Source of the DNA: an uncultured candidate division Zixibacteria bacterium
GTDB lineage: Bacteria; Zixibacteria; MSB-5A5; UBA10806; 4484-95
DNA: 64,000 nt
Assembly (NCBI GenBank): GCA_963668625.2
Contig: CAXXKA010000008.1
Span: 192,001 to 256,000, forward strand
Reading direction: 5' to 3'
Shown: in pieces, positions 10,507 through 19,999 of the stretch
How the letters are laid out: each line of letters begins with the position of its first letter
Position numbering within the stretch: the stretch's first letter is position 1
Translations under genes and position numbers: made by a program
The notes under the pieces: model-generated
Told to the model about the DNA's origin: nothing
The model's input: only the letters and a program-made list of their open reading frames with translations
The model's database searches: none

Positions 10507-10580
10507 GGGCGGTTAGCTCAGTTGGTTAGAGCACCTGCCTTACACGCAGGGGGCCGCAGGTTCGAGTCCCGCACCGCCCA
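10507..10580 (+). tRNA. tRNA-Val(TAC)
   Basis: Acceptor GGGCGGT/ACCGCCC, D arm GCTC/GAGC, anticodon arm CCTGC-CTTACAC-GCAGG, GTTCGAGT T loop; CCA not encoded. Confidence 0.97.
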
Positions 10581-10714
10581 TTTGTCCCGCAACGACTTAC
10601 GAGGATTTAGCCAACCTCAAAAAACGCACTATGCCGATTTTATGCCAGGGATTTGGCATATTTAATCTTAGCTGATCACTATTGGCCCAATTTATAAGGT
10701 TCAAATTGGTGCAA

Positions 10715-10762
10715 AAAACACTACTGATATATCGCTATCGTTACCTTATTGTTGACGTGAGT
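10715..10762 (+). repeat. Imperfect 48-bp direct repeat, copy 1 (copy 2 at 19763-19810)
   Basis: 38/48 identity by manual alignment; core GTTACC(T/A)TATTGTTGACG. Confidence 0.6.
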
Positions 10763-10828
10763 GTTTCCTTTATAAGTAATATTGAATAATTAACACAGTG
10801 AGTTCTGAACGGCTACAATAAAAGTACA

Positions 10829-10903
10829 GGCTTTAGTTTGATTTTATCAAAACTGTCTCTTAGATTTTTGCTAAATCTGTCGAAAGGGTTCTGAAGACGT
10901 ACA
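10829..10903 (+). mobile_element. Orphan right end of an IS3/IS481-type element
   Basis: About 75 bp nearly identical to 63366-63441, ending in TCTGAAGACGTACA. Confidence 0.8.
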
Positions 10904-10926
10904 CTCCTTAAAAATTAGGTTTTAGC

Positions 10927-11145
10927 TTGAATCTAAGTTTTTTAGAAGTTATATTTTTAACAATTCGAAAAAAACGATGGAGCGTGTTTGTGGTTTCTAA
11001 AAAGAAAGCTTATGTTCGGTCTTTTAAGATGATTTATATTCGACTTGCCAATGACGTTCACCGAAAGCTGAAAATGGAAACCGTAAAGCAAGCGACTACT
11101 ATTCAGAAGTGGGTAGCTAAACTCATTGAAGAAAAATTATCATAA
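10927..11145 (+). CDS. Small ribbon-helix-helix-like DNA-binding protein (start uncertain)
   Basis: MIYIRLANDVHRKLKM...TIQKWVAKLIEEKL strand-helix-helix pattern. Confidence 0.55.
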   Translation: MNLSFLEVIFLTIRKKRWSVFVVSKKKAYVRSFKMIYIRLANDVHRKLKMETVKQATTIQKWVAKLIEEKLS

Positions 11146-11182
11146 GGAGTGAAGACAAATTTTAAATTTAGGAGAATAGACC

Positions 11183-12337
11183 ATGCGTATTTTGCAAAAA
11201 ACAGTGCAATCGTTTTCTATTCTGTTACTCACGTTTTTTTTCATCCAATTTTTTCTTATTGGATGCGGTGAAAGAGATAATTCAGTCAATGTGGGTGTGA
11301 TTCTTCCCCTAACCGGTGGTGCTGGGAAATACGGTATTGATGCCAAAGAAGGAATTGAACTAGCGGTTAGTTTAACAAAACCTAGAGGAGAATTAGCCGG
11401 CAAAACCATAAAACTTGCAATTGAAGACGATCAAACATCTCCATCACAAACCGTCAGTGCGTTTCAAAAACTTATTGCCTCTATAAAACCATCTGCTGTA
11501 ATTGGGGGGATGACAAGCACTAGTGCTCTTGCAGCAGCCCCGATTGCTGAGCAAAATGGAGTAGTTTTTTTGTCTCCCTCAGCGTCAACTCCTGATCTTA
11601 CAGATGCGGGCGATTTTATATTTCGAAACGAACTATCGGATGCTATTGGAGGAATTGAACAAGCAGTTTTTGCTAGAGATTCTTTAGATTTATTTAAAGT
11701 AGCTATTTTGTACATAAACAACGACTACGGTATTGGAGTAAAAAATGCTTTTACTAACACTTTCAAGAGCTATGGTGGCAGCATTGTTTGTAGTGAGCCA
11801 TTTGAAGCCGATGCTCAGGATTTTAGATTTGTACTGACCAAAATAATCGCAAGCAAGCCACAAGCACTATTTTTCATCGCATATAAAGAATCAATACCTA
11901 TTCTTAGGCAATTAAAAGAACTTGGAGCCAAATTTAAATTACTAAGCACGCCAGTTTTTGAAGATCGTGATGTATTAAATCAACTTGGTGACCTAGCGGA
12001 TGGAGTTATCTATGTATACTACGGTGGTTTTTCCGTGGACGCGGACAACCAATTAGTTAAGAATTTTGTAGACAAATTTAAAAACGCGTACGGACGTGAA
12101 CCAGGCTACTATGCTGCACTAGGATTTGATGCGATGAATTTACTAATTAATGCGATGGAGAATGGTGGTCTTTCAAGTGAGGAAATACGTGATGCTTTAT
12201 ACAAGATAAAGGATTATAGGGGGGTAACAGGTTTAACGAGTTTCACAAAGGATGGAGATGTTGAAAAACCAGTGATTTTTAAAGATGTGGAAAACGGGCA
12301 GTTTGGGATTTGGCAACGGAATAACGAAAATGAGTGA
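11183..12337 (+). CDS. livK: Branched-chain amino acid-type ABC substrate-binding lipoprotein (LivK-like)
   Basis: Lipobox LIGC, VGVILPLTG, EDDQ, SPSAS, NNDYG, GVTGLTSF. Confidence 0.85.
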   Translation: MRILQKTVQSFSILLLTFFFIQFFLIGCGERDNSVNVGVILPLTGGAGKYGIDAKEGIELAVSLTKPRGELAGKTIKLAIEDDQTSPSQTVSAFQKLIASIKPSAVIGGMTSTSALAAAPIAEQNGVVFLSPSASTPDLTDAGDFIFRNELSDAIGGIEQAVFARDSLDLFKVAILYINNDYGIGVKNAFTNTFKSYGGSIVCSEPFEADAQDFRFVLTKIIASKPQALFFIAYKESIPILRQLKELGAKFKLLSTPVFEDRDVLNQLGDLADGVIYVYYGGFSVDADNQLVKNFVDKFKNAYGREPGYYAALGFDAMNLLINAMENGGLSSEEIRDALYKIKDYRGVTGLTSFTKDGDVEKPVIFKDVENGQFGIWQRNNENE

Positions 12338-13796
12338 TAAGGTAAAGCGTTGGATATTTTGGGCAGCCGCTACAATTATATCAATTCTTGTCTCTTCGGC
12401 ACTTGTCGCAAATGTGCTTGATCCAACCTTGGAGGATATATTAAGGAACTGGCTTGGTAAGGATTCTGTAGAAATCCCATTTTGGGTCGAATTATTAGAA
12501 ACAATAGTGGTCGCCACTCTTACATTCCTTAGCTTAATATATCTAAGTAGTATAGCATATTTAAATCTTCGCGGTGTTCATGAAGAGGTGTTAAAAGAGT
12601 TAATGACTAAAACCATTGAAGATGATTTAAGGCGAGTCCACTTAGAAGTAATGAGAGATACTATCAATGATTTAATTAATAAGGGTTTACGAACAGTACA
12701 TGAGCAAATATTAAATGACACATTTAATGTCCAGGTAGCGAATAAGCTTAAGATTGTAATGAGTGCTTTAATGGAAGAATTGGCTAGGACCTCCGAGGCA
12801 GAAACATATTTTGCATATCATACGCTACTTAAACATACAACCGGAATGCGTAATTTAATAAATAGGATTGTAGATCTTCCGTGTCATCCTACGACAATGA
12901 GTGTACTGATTGATGATTATGGGAAGAAGGCCAATCAGTCCAAATTCCTGGTAGATTTTCCCACATTTCTTAAACTCGGAGAGACTCTGGTAGGGGTTTC
13001 CAAAAAGATGTGTTTTGTAAATACTACGCCACCATATGAGTGGTGGTATCTTAATCAATCTGGCCGAATAACTGAAACAACCGAGGCAATTAAATCCTAT
13101 AGGAATTGTATAGGTGAAAAGCTCACTGCAGGTGCTCAAGTAGGTAGAATTACCTTATTGAGGCATGAGGAAGCACTTACGTCGTTTTTAAAGTATGAAC
13201 TTGAAGGATATCATCAACGACGCGGAATAAATATCTTTGGGTCAGATCTTGATGACGAATCTGCCCTACCGGTCGTAGAATGGTTTCAGATTATTTTAAG
13301 GACTATTCAAACGCGTTTACAGTCGACAAAGGCGTACGCTGACGAAACACTGAAGAAAATTGAATCGGCCAAAAGTTCTAAAGAAAAGCTGATAAAATTA
13401 CTCGACCATATAAATCCAGATAGAAAAAAGTTTACTGGCGAGTTTGAACAGTTGTCAAAAGAATGTTCAGATCTAGTTATGGCTGATTTTAGTCCTTTGC
13501 ATTCACCCGAGAATGATGGTATTTATGTAATAAAACAACATCTAACTGAAGGTATGCAAGATGATTTTGAATCAGTTATGAGAGAAGAGGGTATTTTCTA
13601 CGACAATAATGACAGAGCGTATTTGCTTAGGATGGAAGAAGCAAATAGCGTAAATGTACTAATAGCAACTGTCAAAACGCTTTCAGAATCAGATTTGGGA
13701 AAAACAAATTTTAAAAGAATTCTGGATAACTTTGTTAACGCAGTTGGACAATCTCAGGCAGTTGGTTATTTTAGGAGTACTGCAAAGGCTTATTAA
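12330..13796 (+). CDS. Hypothetical protein, two N-terminal TM helices plus large soluble domain
   Basis: Long ORF; likely start ATG 12330 overlapping the livK end; two hydrophobic segments. Confidence 0.75.
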   Translation: MSDKVKRWIFWAAATIISILVSSALVANVLDPTLEDILRNWLGKDSVEIPFWVELLETIVVATLTFLSLIYLSSIAYLNLRGVHEEVLKELMTKTIEDDLRRVHLEVMRDTINDLINKGLRTVHEQILNDTFNVQVANKLKIVMSALMEELARTSEAETYFAYHTLLKHTTGMRNLINRIVDLPCHPTTMSVLIDDYGKKANQSKFLVDFPTFLKLGETLVGVSKKMCFVNTTPPYEWWYLNQSGRITETTEAIKSYRNCIGEKLTAGAQVGRITLLRHEEALTSFLKYELEGYHQRRGINIFGSDLDDESALPVVEWFQIILRTIQTRLQSTKAYADETLKKIESAKSSKEKLIKLLDHINPDRKKFTGEFEQLSKECSDLVMADFSPLHSPENDGIYVIKQHLTEGMQDDFESVMREEGIFYDNNDRAYLLRMEEANSVNVLIATVKTLSESDLGKTNFKRILDNFVNAVGQSQAVGYFRSTAKAY

Positions 13797-13797
13797 T

Positions 13798-14703
13798 ATG
13801 GATAAAGAGCATCCCTATCGCAATACGATGGTCATAGTTTCTGGAGTCGGCTGTCGTAAAGCGGAACGTATTTTCGATCAAAAGACACATGATCCAATTC
13901 TATTGGATGGCATAACATATAAAATGAACATCGGGGCATCGATAGCAAAACTCTTGGCTGTGGCTGGTGCAAGAATATTCATGTTGGCAAGAAATGAAGC
14001 TTCATTAGAGGCCGTGCATAATCATATTGTTAAATTAGAAGGTGTTGATAGCTCGAATTTAACATATTGTGCGATAGACTTACTTGAAAAGAAGCGAGTT
14101 TATAAGCTCTTAGAAGGCGTTTCTTCTTCAGAAAGGATCTGGCTAGTTCATAGCGTTGGGCTAGGTTCGGAAAATTATAGTGATACGCATGGGAATCCAT
14201 ATTTACCATTTCATGAGTTAAATTCGGACTTATTATCGCTTGAATATGAATTGCCAGTTAAAAGTCTTCTACATTTGATCGCGCCATTAAAACGTAGGTT
14301 TGACAATCAAGATTGTTCAAAATTAGTTGTAGTTTCCTCAATGAGTGGTATCAGACCATATATATATGGTTTTTCTCATGCTGCTGCTAAGGCCGGGCTA
14401 CACCACGCCATCAGAAGTCTTGGTCTAGAGCTGTCTTATTCAAATCCTAGAATACATGTATCAGAAATTCTTCCGGGCATAGTGGATACTGGATTATATG
14501 ATTCGCCTGAAGTAATAGATGCCGTTTCTCATATTGCCGAATCTTTTGGATATACAGGCTCAAGGAAGTTGACTGAGCATAATTTCCCGTTAATGTCGCC
14601 AAAAGATGTAGCATCTGCCATTCACTATTGTTTGACTACTAAATCTCACGTGTTGTCAATGAATCTTATCCCTCCAGGACAATTCGTTAATCAGGGCGCA
14701 TGA
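13798..14703 (+). CDS. Atypical short-chain dehydrogenase/reductase
   Basis: IGASIAKLLA..GARIFMLARN, VVSS, HAAAKAG (His in place of the catalytic Tyr), ILPGIVDT; likely start ATG 13798. Confidence 0.75.
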   Translation: MDKEHPYRNTMVIVSGVGCRKAERIFDQKTHDPILLDGITYKMNIGASIAKLLAVAGARIFMLARNEASLEAVHNHIVKLEGVDSSNLTYCAIDLLEKKRVYKLLEGVSSSERIWLVHSVGLGSENYSDTHGNPYLPFHELNSDLLSLEYELPVKSLLHLIAPLKRRFDNQDCSKLVVVSSMSGIRPYIYGFSHAAAKAGLHHAIRSLGLELSYSNPRIHVSEILPGIVDTGLYDSPEVIDAVSHIAESFGYTGSRKLTEHNFPLMSPKDVASAIHYCLTTKSHVLSMNLIPPGQFVNQGA

Positions 14704-14707
14704 TGAT

Positions 14708-15603
14708 ATGATTGACCAGCCTAGTTTAATAAGTAGTGCGATAGTATATGGAATTATTGCAGGGAGTATATATGTTTTAGTTGCCCTTGGGTTTACTATT
14801 ATTTATCGGACAGTGAAGTTTTTTCATTTCGCCCATGGAGCGGTTTATGCAGTGGGGGCATATGCAGCCTATAGTCTTATCATCGGGCTTGAGTGGAATC
14901 CAATCCTGAGTTTTTTTTTGCCATTTTAATTTCAAGTATCGTTGGAGTATTAATTGATCGAGCGGTTTACCTTCCTCTCCGTAAACGCAAAGCATCGAAT
15001 CTTGTATACTTACTGGCTTCGTTTGGTATCTTTATATTCATACAAAATGTCTTCCAATTGCTTTATGGCGCGCAGATATTATCCATCCGTACCGGTGAGG
15101 TGAAAGTCGGGCACAGCGTATTCGGAGCGATTATAACCGATATACAGATACTCATACTTGTGGTCAGCTTAGTCTTATCATCAGGCTTGTGGATCTATAT
15201 CAAATACACCAAGCTCGGCAAAGCCATGCGCGCAGTTGCCGATGATCCTGTGGCGGCACGCGTTGTCGGGATAAACTCCGAGCGTGTTATTTCATGGTCT
15301 TTTGCTATTGGTTCTATGTTAGCAGGAGCTGCCGGAGTTTTAATCGCTTACGAGACAAACCTTGAGCCGACCATGGGTATGAATGCAATACTTAAAGGAA
15401 TAATTGCTTCAATAGTAGGCGGTATCGGTTCAATACCAGGGGCTATGTTGGGTGGGTTCTTTCTAGGACTGGCTGAGAACCTCGGAATCTGGAAAATACA
15501 AGCGGGCTGGAAAGATGCAATAGCTTTCGCCATACTAATTATATTTTTGCTTTTTAGGCCAGGCGGAATTATGGGTGTAAACATTCACAAAGATAGGCTT
15601 TAG
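14708..15603 (+). CDS. livH: LivH-like permease, frameshifted at T9 run 14911-14919
   Basis: ALGFTIIY..FFHFAHG in the first ORF; TKLGKAMRAVA and VGGIGSIPGA in the second (-1 frame); T10 would restore one ORF. Confidence 0.85.
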
Positions 15604-15605
15604 CT

Positions 15606-16475
15606 GTGGAATATATTGTTCATATACTGATAATAACAGGCATTTACATTATCCTTACTCTGAGCCTGAACCTCGTTGTAGGTTATACGGGGATGCCTGC
15701 GCTCGGTCACGCTGCCTTTACTTGCATGGGTGCTTACACGTCATCATTACTTGCATTAAACTATGGCATCACTCCCTGGCTTGGATTAGTTGTAGGAGCC
15801 ATATTTGCATCTATATTGGGAATAATAATAAGCTTGCCCTCAATACGCCTAAAGGGCGATTACTTTGCTTTAGCGACTTTCGGTTTGGGCATAATAGTAT
15901 ACTCTATATCTAAAAACTGGGTAGGGCTAACAAGAGGGCCATTAGGCTTACCTGGCATACCGGGATTCAGTATATTCGGATTTGAATTGTCCAGTGTCTG
16001 GACATATATCTTGCTGGTCGTAGTATTTATTGCAATCACCTACATAATAATGCGAAATATAGTCAACTCACCATTCGGCAGAATATTGAAAGGCATACGC
16101 GAGGATGAAGTAGCTTCACAAGCTATGGGAAAAGATGTAAATCGCTACCGAGTTATTGTATTTATTGTGAGTGCGTTTTTTGCGGGTATTGCTGGAAGCT
16201 TATACGCTCATTATATCACGTTCATCGATCCCTCAAGTTTCACAGTGATGGAGTCAATCACTATACTCCTGATGGTAGTATTTGGTGGTATGGCAAGCTT
16301 AGGTGGATCTTTCGTCGGTGCAGCGATACTTGTAATATTCCCTGAATTGCTTCGTTTTCTGGGAATGCCTAGTTCAGTAGCGGCTCCGCTCCGTCAGATG
16401 ATATATGGCTTGCTGTTGATTCTACTGATGATTAAAAGGCCTCAGGGGATATTGGGGAAGTACAGGTTTAGATAA
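15606..16475 (+). CDS. livM: LivM-like permease
   Basis: LSLNLVVGYTG..LGHAAF, RLKGDYFALAT, SPFGRILKGIREDE. Confidence 0.9.
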   Translation: MEYIVHILIITGIYIILTLSLNLVVGYTGMPALGHAAFTCMGAYTSSLLALNYGITPWLGLVVGAIFASILGIIISLPSIRLKGDYFALATFGLGIIVYSISKNWVGLTRGPLGLPGIPGFSIFGFELSSVWTYILLVVVFIAITYIIMRNIVNSPFGRILKGIREDEVASQAMGKDVNRYRVIVFIVSAFFAGIAGSLYAHYITFIDPSSFTVMESITILLMVVFGGMASLGGSFVGAAILVIFPELLRFLGMPSSVAAPLRQMIYGLLLILLMIKRPQGILGKYRFR

Positions 16476-16479
16476 AAGT

Positions 16480-17253
16480 ATGCCGTTACTAGAACTAAAA
16501 AATATCAAAAAAGATTTTGATGGCGTAAGAGCTGTCGATAAACTCTCAATGGAGATTTCCTGCGGAGAGCTTGTTGCATTAATAGGTCCTAACGGTGCTG
16601 GCAAAACTACTGCTTTTAATATTATTACCGGGTTTATTAAAGCAAATGAAGGAAAAATAACTTACAATAACGTAGATATAACAAGTAATCCACCACATCA
16701 AATAGCATTGTCCGGAATCGGGAGAACATTCCAAAATATCAGACTCTTCCCGCAACTTACGGTGCTTGATAATGTGCTACTTGCTTTAAAGTACAAGTCG
16801 GGTGACTCATTATTTAGTGCTATCTTGCAAACTCGAAACATGAAATCAGAAGAAAAATCAAATATAGAAAAAGCAATGGAATTACTAGATTTTGTCAATA
16901 TTGCAGAAAAGCGGGATCAATTAGCTCAGAACATGTCTCATGGCCAGAGACGTCTCTTAGAAATAGCAAGAGCCATGGCTTTAGATCCACAGCTATTACT
17001 ATTAGATGAGCCGATGTCCGGGTTATCGCCAACGATGATCATCGAAATGAAGAATATCATCCAGGAATTAGAATCCAAAGGAAAAACTATTCTTTTTATT
17101 GAGCATAATATGGATGTGGTAATGAATCTGGCTAAAAGAATTATTGTACTTAACCATGGAAAAAAGATTGCGGATGGAATGCCTGATGAGATTAGGTCAA
17201 ATACTGAGGTAATAAACGCCTATCTAGGGCGGAGGTCCAATGGCGCTGCTTGA
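16480..17253 (+). CDS. livG: LivG-like ATPase
   Basis: GPNGAGKTT, RTFQNIRLF, SHGQRR, LLDEP, EHNM, AYLG. Confidence 0.92.
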   Translation: MPLLELKNIKKDFDGVRAVDKLSMEISCGELVALIGPNGAGKTTAFNIITGFIKANEGKITYNNVDITSNPPHQIALSGIGRTFQNIRLFPQLTVLDNVLLALKYKSGDSLFSAILQTRNMKSEEKSNIEKAMELLDFVNIAEKRDQLAQNMSHGQRRLLEIARAMALDPQLLLLDEPMSGLSPTMIIEMKNIIQELESKGKTILFIEHNMDVVMNLAKRIIVLNHGKKIADGMPDEIRSNTEVINAYLGRRSNGAA

Positions 17254-17965
17254 TGTTAATAACCTTGATGTGTATTATGGCAAGGTAAAAGCGTTAGAAA
17301 ATGCGTCCTTCTTTGTTGAAAAATCAGAGATTGTAGCGATGATTGGCCCGAATGGCGCAGGTAAATCTACGGCATTAAAAGCTATAGCATCACTATTAGA
17401 TAATTACGATGGATCAATTAGCTCGGGAAGTATTAGTTTCAATGGAAAAAATATAAAGGATTTAAGAACAGATCAATTAGTTAAACTTGGTATTGCCATT
17501 GTGCCGGAAGGTAGACGAGTTTTTCATTCGCTGACCGTTAAAGAGAATTTAGAAATGGGCGGAATCAGCGTTGATTCTAAAGATAAACTTGAAAAACAGC
17601 TAGAGAAAGTCGTGAGTCTTTTCCCCGTGTTGAAGGATCGCTTTAAGCAAAAGGGGGGCACATTATCCGGAGGAGAACAGCAAATGTTGGCACTTGGCAG
17701 AGCGTTGATGTTGAATCCAGGTTTGCTTTTGGCTGATGAACCATCATTAGGTTTATCACCGAATTATATAGAAGCTATATTTGACAAGTTAACGGAAATA
17801 ATTAAAACAGGAACAGCTATATTATTGGTAGAGCAAAACGCACGCAAAGCCCTCGAAATAGCTCACCGCGGATATCTATTTGGTATTGGTAAAATAATAA
17901 AAGATGATTCTTGCGAAAACCTTAAGAAAGATGAACAGGTGCAGAAAGCCTATTTAGGTGGCTAG
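17240..17965 (+). CDS. livF: LivF-like ATPase
   Basis: VPEGRRVF, LSGGEQQMLA, DEPSLGLSP, VEQNA, AYLGG. Confidence 0.93.
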   Translation: MALLDVNNLDVYYGKVKALENASFFVEKSEIVAMIGPNGAGKSTALKAIASLLDNYDGSISSGSISFNGKNIKDLRTDQLVKLGIAIVPEGRRVFHSLTVKENLEMGGISVDSKDKLEKQLEKVVSLFPVLKDRFKQKGGTLSGGEQQMLALGRALMLNPGLLLADEPSLGLSPNYIEAIFDKLTEIIKTGTAILLVEQNARKALEIAHRGYLFGIGKIIKDDSCENLKKDEQVQKAYLGG

Positions 17966-17994
17966 GAAATTCACTTCAGATCCTTCTGCCCACA

Positions 17995-18024
17995 TGTACG
18001 TCTTCAGAACCTTTTTGACAGATT
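17995..18024 (-). mobile_element. Orphan IS terminal inverted repeat (same family as 10829-10903 and 63366-63441)
   Basis: TGTACGTCTTCAGAACCTTTTTGACAGATT is the reverse complement of AATCTGTCAAAAAGGTTCTGAAGACGTACA. Confidence 0.75.
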
Positions 18025-18062
18025 GGATCAAACTTTTTAAATGATAGATTAGGTATTAGTAC

Positions 18063-19472
18063 ATGAATACTGAACACAAGTTAGACAATCATATAGCTAA
18101 AATCGACGATGAAGTTGTAGCAACTCTATACAGAAGATTAGTAGATTATGTTGCAAGAAAATTACCAGAATCAGAAATTAATTTTAATAGCGAATACACT
18201 TACTTTAAATATAACGGAAAAAGATTCTTAAGATTCTTTGCGCAAAAAAGCAAAATGGCTATAGACGTATTCGGTGATTACTATCAATATCCAAAAACTA
18301 AAACTATTAAACGGGGATCCAAATTTAAAACTGGTGAAATAAATTTTCACATTTATTCAACATCTTCATTTAAAGAGATAACTAAAATAATTGATTGCTC
18401 TTATAACCTTCAGATATCTAAGGAAAACAAAAATAAAAGTGATAAGATTATATTTTTTAATATCGGATGGATGAAATATTATCAAGGATTATCATCAGAT
18501 TTTGACGATGATATCAAGTTTGGCGGAGCTTTTGTAGATAAAAATAGTTTTGGCCACGAAATATACAATTTTCAACCTCATTCAGGAAAGCTATATGGGT
18601 ATGTACAACCTGTATATAAAAAAAGCCATGAAATGGGGACAATCAACATAAATCGACTAAGTGGTGTTAGATCAAACAAAAAAATTAAAGATGTATTAGT
18701 CGTTTTCGTAGCAAAATCACCAATTACAGAATCCAGAAGGATCGTAGGGTGGTATAAAAATGCTACAGTTTATAGAAATTATCAAGAACCTCCTCCAAAT
18801 TCAAACAGGATTTATAATGGTGAAAAAATAGGGTATTATACTGAAGCCAATTTAGCTGACTGTAGACTACTTAAAGATGAACAGCGAGAGAACTCTAATA
18901 TATTGATACCAGCTGGAAAAGGTCAAAAAGGAATGGGGCGTTCTAATGTATGGTATGCCGATAAAGAAACCAATAAGCCGCTAGTGAAAAGCGTTTTAAA
19001 ATTTATTAATAATTATTCAGGAGAGAAAGAAACTGATCTTGAGTATCAAGAAAGAATACTAAAGGCTAAACCATTAAAGTTACCTTCAGGACCTATTTCC
19101 CGCCCAGCTCGATCAGGCGGAATCAATAAACAATGGAAGAAGGATGCTTCAATTGCAAAAGGAGTTCTGAATAAATATAAATTCAAATGTGAAGTTGATA
19201 AAAAGCATATAACATTCATTTCTAAATCGACTAAAAATAACTATGTTGAGGCACATCATTTAATTCCTATGAGTGCGCAGGATGATTTTTATTACAGTTT
19301 AGATGTACCTGGAAATATTATTTCACTATGTCCGATTTGTCATCGCTTAGTACATTTTGCTACGAAAAGTAAAAAACAAAAAATACTTCAATTTCTCTTT
19401 AAAAAAAGGATTGATGAAATCAAGGCGCATGGACTAGAAATAACATATGAAAAATTGACTAGTTATTACTAA
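18063..19472 (+). CDS. Multi-domain HNH endonuclease (McrA/type IV restriction-like)
   Basis: C-terminal CEV..H.TF, YVEAHHLIPM, NIISLCPICHRLVH; AT-rich. Confidence 0.8.
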   Translation: MNTEHKLDNHIAKIDDEVVATLYRRLVDYVARKLPESEINFNSEYTYFKYNGKRFLRFFAQKSKMAIDVFGDYYQYPKTKTIKRGSKFKTGEINFHIYSTSSFKEITKIIDCSYNLQISKENKNKSDKIIFFNIGWMKYYQGLSSDFDDDIKFGGAFVDKNSFGHEIYNFQPHSGKLYGYVQPVYKKSHEMGTININRLSGVRSNKKIKDVLVVFVAKSPITESRRIVGWYKNATVYRNYQEPPPNSNRIYNGEKIGYYTEANLADCRLLKDEQRENSNILIPAGKGQKGMGRSNVWYADKETNKPLVKSVLKFINNYSGEKETDLEYQERILKAKPLKLPSGPISRPARSGGINKQWKKDASIAKGVLNKYKFKCEVDKKHITFISKSTKNNYVEAHHLIPMSAQDDFYYSLDVPGNIISLCPICHRLVHFATKSKKQKILQFLFKKRIDEIKAHGLEITYEKLTSYY

Positions 19473-19762
19473 CTTGTCAATTGGGTGGATAGTAATGCCG
19501 GATCATATTAAATTAGTTTATTATTCAGCATATAATATCATGGGAATATCACCAAGATAAAGCACCCTGCTAACCAAGCCTATAGCCAGATCTGCTCCTA
19601 TCTCTGTTTCTTATTAAATACCAAAAAGTTATACGTACAAACAAATCAAATGTATTAATAATATGTCAATATTATGCCGTTGATTAATTATAATTAGTCA
19701 TCATATCACAACCCAAATGTTCGGTAAGTAGAAATTCTCTTTTCGACACCAGAGAGCACCAG

Positions 19763-19810
19763 AAAGCACCACAGATATACCGCTGATGTTACCATATTGT
19801 TGACGCGAAT
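19763..19810 (+). repeat. Imperfect direct repeat, copy 2, preceded by CACCAGA(G/A)AG tandem units
   Basis: Matches 10715-10762; 10-bp tandem units at 19747-19772. Confidence 0.6.
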
Positions 19811-19999
19811 AAAGTTAGGTCTTTATATATTTCCAAAGTTACAGAAATCACAGTGTCTGGTGTTTTCCTTTAAATTTTGTTATTTGATCAAGTTTTTTTA
19901 GAAATAGGTGTATGCCAAATAGGAAATGGGCGATAGCGTTAACCTTAGTTATTATTTATGGATACATCTGCCGAATTTAGTGCAACATAATTAATATAT

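Noticed and set aside
10651-19920. 10-bp inverted match ATTTGGCATA / TATGCCAAAT as transposon ends
   Set aside because: Does not extend beyond 10 bp and has no TSD
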